From Deltaproteobacteria bacterium (lineage in GTDB: Bacteria > Myxococcota > Kuafuiibacteriia > Kuafuiibacteriales > Kuafuiibacteriaceae): a stretch of 64,000 bases of DNA. How positions within the stretch are numbered: position 1 is the stretch's first letter; each line of letters begins with the position of its first letter. The position numbers and the translations under genes were made by a program. Below, one piece after another: positions 27,778-35,780 of the stretch. The notes beneath the pieces were generated by a model. It was not told where the DNA came from. It saw nothing but the letters and a program-made list of their open reading frames with translations, and made no database searches. The stretch is from assembly GCA_040218735.1 (NCBI GenBank), contig JAVJQW010000062.1:160001-224000 (forward strand), written 5' to 3'.

Positions 27778-30224
27778 GCGTCGCGCTCCTCGATCGGCGA
27801 CGTCGCCACGATGACCCCGGACGGACGCTCGTCGTGGAAGGTGCAGCTGACCTCGACGGCGTACGACTGCCCTGGGGTGTCGAGCTGGCGGCGAACGCGC
27901 TGATGACTCTTCAGCACGGTTCGAACGTCGTCCGCGAGACAACGCATCGCCGGGTGCCACGCGAGGTCGTCGATCGGGACGCCGAGATCACTGTCGACGA
28001 GGTGAGCGACCAGCGAAGTGCCGGGGTGGTAGCGGCGGAGCCGCAGCTCGACGTCGAACACCACGAAGCCGAACCCCGCCGCCAAAGTGATCGCCCGAAG
28101 GTCGGACTCGAGCGCCGCCATCTCGACCACACGCTCTTGGTAGTCCGCGTTGACCGAAAACAGCTCTTCGCTCAGCGCACCTGTGCGTTCGACCTGTGCG
28201 CGCGTCGCGTCGTCGGAGCGCGTCAGCTGCTGCTGCGTCACGACGAGCTCCTGAGCGAGCGTCTCCGCCTCCTCTTGCGCGGCGCGTGTCTGCTCGCGCT
28301 GGGCCGCGAGCTCGGTTTCGAGCTGGAGGATCCGGTCCGCCTCGGAGATCTCCACGAGCATCGGCTCGCGCGTGCTCACCGTGTCGGTTGTGAACGTGAT
28401 GAGGAAGCCCGGGTGTTCGGCGCCGACGTCGAGCAGATCGATCTGCATCGCGTGCGTCGCGTCTTCGATGCGCGCGGGCTCACCGGTGCGTTCGACGACG
28501 GCGGCGGCATTCGCAAGCCGGGCGGACACTGACGCCGGGAGCATCTCGAGCAGGTTGGCATGCAGCGCGCCCTGTGGATGCGTGAGCCGATCGCCCGCGT
28601 CCCCGAAGATGTGCAAGAGCCCGAGGTCCGCGTCGACCGCGATGCACGGCGGCGCGTACCGCTCGAGGACGGCGCGCTCCACCCCCCGCACCCGCTCCTG
28701 CGCCGTGCGCTCCGCGGCGGCCTGATACGACTCCCGCATCAGCGGCGCGATCTTCAGCGGGGCCTTCGTGGAGGGCTTGCGCGCTCGGCCCTCTCGCCCT
28801 CGGTAGAGGCGCCAGCGCGCATCGAGCGCGGAGAACTGCGGCGCGGAGGCGCCGAGCGACTCCCCCGGCCCGAGGAACAAGTACCCCTGCTCGTGCAGCC
28901 CGAACTCGAACCGGTGGCGCACCTCGTCCTGCACCTTGTCATCGAGATAGATGAGGAGGTTGCGGCAGACGATCAGATCCATCCGCGCGAACGGCGGGTC
29001 CGTCACCACGTTGTGGCGCGCGAAGGTGATCCGCTCGCGCAGCCCACGCCGAACGCTCCAACCCGGACCGCGAGCTTCGAAGTAGCGCTTCTGGATGTCG
29101 TCGGGGACGACGCCGACGACGTCCGCGTCCGCGTACCGCGCGTGACTGGCGACGGTCAGGGCGGTCGCGTCGAGGTCGGTCGCGAACATCTGGAAGTCGA
29201 CCGTCGGGCGATCGCGGAGGAGATGGTCCAACAACATCGCCGTCGAGTAGGCGTCCTCGCCCGTTCCGCAGGCCGCCACCCAGACCCGGATCTTCGAGTG
29301 ATCGAGCGCCGTGTCGACCAGCGGCCGAAGTGCCTTCTCCTCCAGCGCCGTCCAAGCGTCGAAGTCGCGAAAGAACCGCGTGACCCGAACCAGGAGGTGC
29401 TTCGAAAGCGCCTCGAGCTCCGACGGGAACCGTTCGACGTAGTCGAGGTACGCGTCGATGTCCTCGCAGCCGAGGAGCGCCAGGCGTCGACGCACGCGGC
29501 TGTGGAGCGCGCTGCTCGCGTACCACCGGAAGTCGAGCCCCGTCTTGGCCTCGACGGCGTCGTGCAGCCGCGTCAGCCCGTCCGTGCCGAGGTGAGGCTC
29601 GTTGACGAGGTGCGCGAGAGGGGCATCGTCCGCCACGGCACGCAGCAGCGCGGTGACCAGCTCGTTCGGATCGTGGACCGAGTCGGCGAGCTCCGCACGC
29701 ACCGTCGCCGCGGGCAGGTTCGAGTAGTCCGACGACGCCGGTGACTGCACGCAGACCCGCCCCCCGGCCGCGCGCACGCTCTGCAACCCAGCTTGCGCGC
29801 GCGCCTTCGCCCCGGACAGCACAAACGTGATCGTGCGGCGGCCCGCAGCCTCCGCCGTGGAGTGCAGCAACACGTCCATCGGGTCCGCCGAGGCGGCTGA
29901 CGTCGGCTCGAGCCTCAGCTGGCGCCCTTCCACGCGCGCGGTCATGTCCGACGGGATGACGTGGACGCGATCCGGCTCGATCGACGTGCCGTCCTCCACA
30001 TCGACGATCGGCAGCGTCAGGTGCTGAGCGAGGAGCCCGCTGAGACGACTCGCGCGGCCCTCGGCGACGTGACGATAGACGATGAACGCCGCGCCGACAC
30101 CGACCGGAACGTGGCCGAGGAACGTACGCAGCGGGTCGAGGCCGCCTTCGGCCGCGAGGACGGGGACGGTCCAGAACGGAAGCTCGGGCTCGGCGGTGGC
30201 ATCGGCACGAATGTCCCCCGTCAC
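27774..30224 (-). CDS. Second CheB-CheR fusion with degenerate CheB domain
   Basis: CheB-like N-terminus; ACGTGEDAYS, FATDLD, DPPFARMDLIVCRNLLIY; coiled coil and PAS-like tail. Confidence 0.87.
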   Translation of the reverse strand: MTGDIRADATAEPELPFWTVPVLAAEGGLDPLRTFLGHVPVGVGAAFIVYRHVAEGRASRLSGLLAQHLTLPIVDVEDGTSIEPDRVHVIPSDMTARVEGRQLRLEPTSAASADPMDVLLHSTAEAAGRRTITFVLSGAKARAQAGLQSVRAAGGRVCVQSPASSDYSNLPAATVRAELADSVHDPNELVTALLRAVADDAPLAHLVNEPHLGTDGLTRLHDAVEAKTGLDFRWYASSALHSRVRRRLALLGCEDIDAYLDYVERFPSELEALSKHLLVRVTRFFRDFDAWTALEEKALRPLVDTALDHSKIRVWVAACGTGEDAYSTAMLLDHLLRDRPTVDFQMFATDLDATALTVASHARYADADVVGVVPDDIQKRYFEARGPGWSVRRGLRERITFARHNVVTDPPFARMDLIVCRNLLIYLDDKVQDEVRHRFEFGLHEQGYLFLGPGESLGASAPQFSALDARWRLYRGREGRARKPSTKAPLKIAPLMRESYQAAAERTAQERVRGVERAVLERYAPPCIAVDADLGLLHIFGDAGDRLTHPQGALHANLLEMLPASVSARLANAAAVVERTGEPARIEDATHAMQIDLLDVGAEHPGFLITFTTDTVSTREPMLVEISEADRILQLETELAAQREQTRAAQEEAETLAQELVVTQQQLTRSDDATRAQVERTGALSEELFSVNADYQERVVEMAALESDLRAITLAAGFGFVVFDVELRLRRYHPGTSLVAHLVDSDLGVPIDDLAWHPAMRCLADDVRTVLKSHQRVRRQLDTPGQSYAVEVSCTFHDERPSGVIVATSPIEERDA

Positions 30225-30358
30225 CGCGCATTTATCGCACGGTGGAACCACCGCCAGCAATGTGAGTCCCTGGCACTTGTGCAGACCGTGCGCGCAGGAT
30301 TGCGTACCCGACGCCCCGCCCGTTCCGTTCCGACCCGCGATCCGGTAAGGAGTCGTCC

Positions 30359-31135
30359 GTGGTCTACCCCAACTCGCCGTTCGACACGCCCAACGCCGAC
30401 CTCGACACGCCGCGTACGGCGAGCGCTCCGAACACCAACGGACGCGAAGCGATGGCCTACATGGACGCCTTCTCGTCGTTCTTCAAGCTCGAGGGCTGGG
30501 GCAAGAGCCTCGCGTTCCTCGCGCTGTGCTCGCTGATCCCGATTGTCGGCGTCATCGTGATGATCGGCTTCTTCTCCACCCAGTTCGTGCGCCAGCACTA
30601 CAACGGGGACGAAGACCTCATGGAGTTCTCCTTCGACAAGTTCGGAGACTTCCTCGGCCGCGGCGTCTGGCCGTTCCTGATGGGCTTCATCATCACGTTC
30701 GCGATGATCCCGATCTACGCCGTGTACTTCGGGGCCATCGCCATCTCCGCGAACATCTCGGAGACCATGGCCGCGATCGTCGCCGCCGGCGGCGGCCTGC
30801 TCTTCATCGTCGTGCTCTTCGGCCTCGGGTTCCTCTCCCAGCCGATGTTCCTCAAGGCGATGCTGACCCAGCAGATCGGCGGCGCCTTCGACTTCAGCCT
30901 CGCCAAGGACTTCGTCGCGAAGATGTGGCTCGAGATGCTGCTCGGCGGCCTGTTCATCATGGGCATCTCCATCCCGCTGGTCCTCCTCGGCTACCTGGCC
31001 TGCGGCATCGGCCTGTACGCCGCGATTCCCCTCCAGTACTGGACGGTCTTCCAGATCCAGCGGCAGCTCTACGAGGTCTACCTGTTCCGCGGGGGCACGC
31101 CGATCGAGATCTCCGAGCAGTTGGTCCCCGAATAG
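30359..31135 (+). CDS. DUF4013-like membrane protein
   Basis: AAGGAG RBS; multiple TM helices; LIPIVG...G and ACGIG patterns. Confidence 0.7.
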   Translation: MVYPNSPFDTPNADLDTPRTASAPNTNGREAMAYMDAFSSFFKLEGWGKSLAFLALCSLIPIVGVIVMIGFFSTQFVRQHYNGDEDLMEFSFDKFGDFLGRGVWPFLMGFIITFAMIPIYAVYFGAIAISANISETMAAIVAAGGGLLFIVVLFGLGFLSQPMFLKAMLTQQIGGAFDFSLAKDFVAKMWLEMLLGGLFIMGISIPLVLLGYLACGIGLYAAIPLQYWTVFQIQRQLYEVYLFRGGTPIEISEQLVPE

Positions 31136-31176
31136 GGAATTTGCGCTTCGGCCCGAGGCCGATTAACAAAAACGGC

Positions 31177-31950
31177 GTGATTCTGTCGTTCGTGAACGTG
31201 AAAGGTGGCGTCGGCAAGACGACCACCGCCGTGAACCTCTCCGCGGTCTTCGGGCAAGCGCGCCTCAAGACGCTGCTCGTGGATCTCGATCCGCAGGCGT
31301 CGGCCACGTACGCGCTCGGCTTCCCGGCGGACAGCAAGGGCACCAAGATCAAGGATGTCCTGCTCGACGACGCGCCGGCGAGCGAGGCGATCGTCGAGAC
31401 GTCGGTCAAGAACGTCGACCTCATGCGCGGCGATCTCGGCATGGCCGCGGCGGACCTGGCGCTCGCACGCAAGAAGGACCCGGCGACCCGGCTCCTCAAG
31501 ATCCTCGAGCCGCTCGAGGAGACGTACCACGCCATCTTGGTCGACAGCCCCGCGGGCCTGTCGCTCCTGTCGCTGATGGCGCTGCACGCCTGCTCCGCGT
31601 ACGTCGTGCCCACGACACCGCATCACCTCGCGCTCGACGCGCTCGAGCGCTTCTTCGACGGCGTCAAAGCGCTCAAGAGCGACATCATGAAGACCCCGCG
31701 TCTGCTCGGCGTCGCGCTCACGATGGTCGATCGCCGCACGAACCTCGCGGAGGAGCTGATTTCGGAGCTGCGCGCCGAGTACAAACAGGACGTCTTCCGC
31801 ACCGAGATCCCCGTGAACGTCCGCCTCGCCGAAGCCTCCGGGTACGGCACGACGATCTTCGACTACGAGCCCGGCTCGTCCGGCGCCGCCGCGTACCGGC
31901 GCCTCGGCGCGGAGGTCCTCCGCCGCCTCCGCGAAAAGAAGCTCGTCTGA
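31177..31950 (+). CDS. ParA/Soj-family ATPase
   Basis: KGGVGKTTTAVNL, LLVDLDPQ, VDSP, NVRLAEA. Confidence 0.92.
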   Translation: MILSFVNVKGGVGKTTTAVNLSAVFGQARLKTLLVDLDPQASATYALGFPADSKGTKIKDVLLDDAPASEAIVETSVKNVDLMRGDLGMAAADLALARKKDPATRLLKILEPLEETYHAILVDSPAGLSLLSLMALHACSAYVVPTTPHHLALDALERFFDGVKALKSDIMKTPRLLGVALTMVDRRTNLAEELISELRAEYKQDVFRTEIPVNVRLAEASGYGTTIFDYEPGSSGAAAYRRLGAEVLRRLREKKLV

Positions 31951-32029
31951 GACGCGTGTCCCGCTGCCGCGGTGTCGTGGCATCTGAGGGCGTTGACTAC
32001 ATCAGCCTACGTATTCGAAGCTCGCGTCC

Positions 32030-32323
32030 ATGAGCAGACACGGTGAGATCGGCGCCGCCCTCGCGGGCGCCGGCGCGGTGATGGCAGCGGTGGCGCAGGC
32101 ACAGGCCGCGTCCGGCGCGAGCGCGGAGTCGCTCGGCGCGATCAAGGGCAAGATGCAGGCGAACCAGCCGCTGACCGACGTCGAGAAGGCGCAGGTCCGC
32201 GCGTTCGGCGAGGCGCTCCGCCCTGCCCTCGCGAAGGTCGGTGGCCTCGACGACGGCGCCAAGAAGATGGCGGACCAGATCGTCGGCCACATCGACGAGA
32301 TCCTCACGCGCATCGCCGCCTAG
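32030..32323 (+). CDS. Small hypothetical protein
   Basis: Typical codon usage; helical Ala/Lys-rich sequence; 2 bp from next ORF. Confidence 0.6.
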   Translation: MSRHGEIGAALAGAGAVMAAVAQAQAASGASAESLGAIKGKMQANQPLTDVEKAQVRAFGEALRPALAKVGGLDDGAKKMADQIVGHIDEILTRIAA

Positions 32324-32325
32324 CC

Positions 32326-32760
32326 GTGGACGCGCTCCTCGCCGAGCTCGGACACATCTTCGTGCGCACGGACGCCGACGGCCGGCGCGTGCACACGGAG
32401 GACGCGGTCCGTCACTTCCTCTTCGTCCGCCTCGTGACGTCGCCGGATCTCCCCGGCGCGCTCGCGGAGCTGGGCGACGAGGGGCTCTTCCTGCTCGGCG
32501 AGTACATGCTCCGGATCGGCGCCGCGACGGACGACGCGCCGGACACCTTGCAAACCAAGCTCGCCGCCTGGCTCGCGGAGCACCCGGTCGACCCTGCGCT
32601 CGCCGCCGAGGTCCGCGCCGCGGAGGCGGCGCACGGCGCGACCGACCGCGGCCACCTGTGGGCGAAGGCGATCGGGCGCTACGACGGCTGGGCCGAGCGC
32701 GCCCCGTCGGCGAAGGGCGCCGGCCTCATCGGCGCGCGCCTCGCGCAGAAGAAGAAGTAG
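32326..32760 (+). CDS. Hypothetical protein
   Basis: Protein-like composition; coupled to previous ORF. Confidence 0.55.
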   Translation: MDALLAELGHIFVRTDADGRRVHTEDAVRHFLFVRLVTSPDLPGALAELGDEGLFLLGEYMLRIGAATDDAPDTLQTKLAAWLAEHPVDPALAAEVRAAEAAHGATDRGHLWAKAIGRYDGWAERAPSAKGAGLIGARLAQKKK

Positions 32761-33423
32761 CTACTTCTCGACCGGAACCAGCTTCGCACCCGGCGGCAGG
32801 CCGAACTTGTTCTCCATCAGGTGCTCGAGCGCGGCGCGGCTGAGCCCGTCCTCGAACACCACGCGCACGCCGAGCTTCGCCTCGAGCGCCTCTCCGCGTT
32901 TGCTCAGGATCTGCTGCGCGCGCTCGAAGCTGCGCAGCTGCTTCACCGACACCCGGCGCTTCGTCGCGTCGTCGGGCGCGCCGGCGACCGGCTTCACGCC
33001 CGCCTCGGTGAGGCCCTCCGTCATCTGATCCGGTACGACCCGGCGCGCGACCATCCCGGTGATGCCGCGGTCGGTGATGCCGGCGCCGATCGCCTTCACG
33101 TCGTCGTGCGCGAGGCGCCCGTCTGCGCCCCCGAGTTTGTCGGGCGCGAGCATCGCGTGCATGTACTTCGCGGCCTTCATCTCCTCGTCGGACAACGGCG
33201 GGTTGATGCGCTCGACGAACGACTCCACGGCGTCCTTCGCCTTCTCGACTTGCCCCCAGGCGGCGCGCGCGAGTGGCGCGTAGCCGTCGACGAAGGGCGA
33301 GGCGATCGCCCGCGTCGTCGCGGCGATCGCGCGCCAGCCTTCGTCGTCTTCCGCGGCGCGTACGACGGCCGGCGGCTTCGGCGGAGGCGGCGGAGGGGTG
33401 TCAGCGGTCAGGGGTGGGAACAT
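32761..33423 (-). CDS. Hypothetical protein
   Basis: Pro-rich N-terminus, helical body; stop abuts the convergent gene. Confidence 0.6.
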   Translation of the reverse strand: MFPPLTADTPPPPPPKPPAVVRAAEDDEGWRAIAATTRAIASPFVDGYAPLARAAWGQVEKAKDAVESFVERINPPLSDEEMKAAKYMHAMLAPDKLGGADGRLAHDDVKAIGAGITDRGITGMVARRVVPDQMTEGLTEAGVKPVAGAPDDATKRRVSVKQLRSFERAQQILSKRGEALEAKLGVRVVFEDGLSRAALEHLMENKFGLPPGAKLVPVEK

Positions 33424-33460
33424 GTCGTCTTCTTCGGCAGAGACGACGGGTTCGTCGCGT

Positions 33461-34678
33461 TCAACGCGTTTCGCGCGCTTTTGCCTCCCGGACGGTCAGC
33501 GAGGGCACGCCCTCGACGGGCGCGTGCGCAGCGGCGGCGTGATGTTGGTCGATGACCGAGTGTACGAACGACAGCACGAGGATCTGCGTCGAGATCGCGA
33601 TGCCGGTCGTGCCCACCAACGCGAGGCGCGACTCGGTGATGCCTTGCCACCCTTGCGACGCGCTGATCACCACGACCGCGATGTCCGCGGCGAGCCCCAG
33701 CAGGAACACGAAGCCCGCGATGGGGAGCATCGTGTCGAGCGAGAAGTGGCGACCGAGGCGTCGCGAGATGCGCCCCGCCGGAGCGACGGGCGCGCCGGCG
33801 ATCGTCGCGCAGAGGATCCCGGCGCCGATCATCTCGACGCCGACCATCAACAACAGCGCGCCGAGGATCATCAGGTGGATGTCCATCAGGATCGGGCCGA
33901 GCACGAAGCGCCCCTTCAACTGCGGGAAGAACATCAGCGCGCCGAAGACCAGCGCGATCACGCCGGGGCGGAGCAACACGCGGTCGGGCGCGTGCAGGAG
34001 GATGAGCTTCAGGTGCCGCCACCCGTCGCGCAGTCGGCGCAAGTGAGGTTGACGCCCCGGCGGGCCGGCGCGCTGCTGAATCGGCACCTCGACGATCGGG
34101 ACTTCGAGAAGCGCCGCACGCGCGATCATCTCCGAGCAGAACTCGAACCCCGCCGCGCGAACGTCGAGCGCGAGGAAGACCTCGCGCGCCATCGCGCGGA
34201 AGCCGGTGTTGCAGTCGGTGATCTGCGTCGCGAAGTAGTTGTTGAGGAGCCAGGTCAGCGCCGGTGTGCCGAGCAGGCGGTTCGGCAGTGAGCTCGCGCC
34301 CGCGTCGAAGCCCCCGAGGTAGCGGCTCCCCAGGACCATCGCGTCCGGGCGTCCGTCGAGCGCCGCGAGGAGCGTCGGGATCTGCGTCGCGTCGTGCTCG
34401 CCGTCGGCGTCGATCAACACCACCGACATGCCGCGCGCCGCGAGCACCCCTGCGCGCGTCGCGGCGCCGACGCCCCGCACCGCGGACGCGTCGACCACGC
34501 GCGCCCCCGCGGCCTGGGCCGCCGCGCGTGAGCCGTCGGTCGAGCCGTTGTCGGCCACGACGACCTCGAACGTCGCGCCCTCGTTCGAGAGCACCTCGCG
34601 CACGGTCTCGACGACGTGGCCCACGGTCGCGGCCTCGTCGAGGCACGGGATCACGACCGAGACGTCGACAGGGGACAC
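33461..34678 (-). CDS. Glycosyltransferase family 2 (DPM1-like) with C-terminal TM helices
   Basis: VSVVIPCLDE, DNGSTDGS, IDADG, GSR, ITDCNTGFR. Confidence 0.9.
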   Translation of the reverse strand: MSPVDVSVVIPCLDEAATVGHVVETVREVLSNEGATFEVVVADNGSTDGSRAAAQAAGARVVDASAVRGVGAATRAGVLAARGMSVVLIDADGEHDATQIPTLLAALDGRPDAMVLGSRYLGGFDAGASSLPNRLLGTPALTWLLNNYFATQITDCNTGFRAMAREVFLALDVRAAGFEFCSEMIARAALLEVPIVEVPIQQRAGPPGRQPHLRRLRDGWRHLKLILLHAPDRVLLRPGVIALVFGALMFFPQLKGRFVLGPILMDIHLMILGALLLMVGVEMIGAGILCATIAGAPVAPAGRISRRLGRHFSLDTMLPIAGFVFLLGLAADIAVVVISASQGWQGITESRLALVGTTGIAISTQILVLSFVHSVIDQHHAAAAHAPVEGVPSLTVREAKARETR

Positions 34679-34721
34679 CGCCCCGCGATTAGGGGCCGCA
34701 TCGCCTTCAGCGTCAACTTCC

Positions 34722-35294
34722 TCAGCGGATCCGCAGCGTGAAGCGTCCGCCGTTCTTCTTCAGCTCGGCGTTCACGTCGGCGCGGAACCGGCGCTGCGTC
34801 GCCGCGTTGCCGACGATGCCGATGCACCCCTCCGTCCCGGCGCTCCCCCCGTCCGGGTGGATGCGGAGCAGGCGCCGCGTGCCTTTCACCCGCGAATCGT
34901 ACTTGTCGCTCATCGCGAAGCTGTACCCGACGCCGCCGACGTTCATCGAGCGGTTCGTGCGGTGCTGCAGGTGCGGACGAATCGTGTAGTTCCCCTTCGG
35001 GAGGTTCCCGCGTCCGAAACCGCCGCTGCGGAACTGATACGTGCGGCCGTTCACCGTGATGCGTCCGGAGACCATCTGGTTGCGGCGTCCCGCCTTCGAC
35101 ACCCGATCGAAGGTCGCGGTGCGGTTCGGCACGCGCGCGTTGCGACGCGCGGTCGCGATCCCCCGCGCGTTCGCGATGCGTGTCCGCGCCGCCACCACGC
35201 GGCCCCGCGTCCGGCGCGTCGGCTGGCCACGATCGAGCGTCCGCCTCTGCATCGTGCGCGTGTGAATCCGACGTGCTTCGACTCTCTCACCCAT
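34722..35294 (-). CDS. L,D-transpeptidase-fold protein (Tlde1/DUF2778-like) with Arg-rich N-terminus
   Basis: SGG....LPKGNYTI and LRIHPDGGSAGTEGCIG (His...GC) motifs; purine-rich RBS. Confidence 0.65.
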   Translation of the reverse strand: MGERVEARRIHTRTMQRRTLDRGQPTRRTRGRVVAARTRIANARGIATARRNARVPNRTATFDRVSKAGRRNQMVSGRITVNGRTYQFRSGGFGRGNLPKGNYTIRPHLQHRTNRSMNVGGVGYSFAMSDKYDSRVKGTRRLLRIHPDGGSAGTEGCIGIVGNAATQRRFRADVNAELKKNGGRFTLRIR

Positions 35295-35317
35295 GAGCTC
35301 TCCCCTTTTCTGTCTGC

Positions 35318-35689
35318 TCAGCAGCGCGTCGGCCGACGACCGGCCAAGAGCGAACGCAGCACGACGGTGTCGTCCGGCGCGCGCTCGTCCACGAAGGGCG
35401 CCTCCACCGCCGGCGAAGCGCCGAGGCGCGAGGCGTCCTCCATCCACATGCGACGGTCCTCTGCGTCGTCGTCGGCGAGCTCCTCCTCGAGCGTGCCGAT
35501 GAGCGCCTCGACCGCGTCCATGACACCCGAGGCCGCCTCCTCGCGGCCCTGGGCGCTGAGGAGCTCCGCGTCCTGCACGAGCTCCTCGGCGAGATCCGCC
35601 AGCGCTTCCACGTCGAGCGCCTCGAGGTAGGCGCGGTCGATCCTCGACTGCGCGATGTGAACGATCTGTTGGTCTCGGGTCATGACCAT
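35318..35689 (-). CDS. Small acidic helical hypothetical protein
   Basis: Glu/Asp-rich ORF 23 bp upstream of the Tlde1-like gene. Confidence 0.6.
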   Translation of the reverse strand: MVMTRDQQIVHIAQSRIDRAYLEALDVEALADLAEELVQDAELLSAQGREEAASGVMDAVEALIGTLEEELADDDAEDRRMWMEDASRLGASPAVEAPFVDERAPDDTVVLRSLLAGRRPTRC

Positions 35690-35780
35690 CGCTTTCGGGG
35701 AGTTGGACACGTGACCCGGTTCACGTCGGCAACGGGTCACGTGCGGAACTCGAAAAGACTCGCCGGTGTCGAAGCCGGTG

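Noticed and set aside
33424-33460. GCCGAAGA as a sigma-28-like -10 upstream of the 32761-33423 gene
   Set aside because: No TAAA -35 at the right spacing; may simply be a small hairpin.
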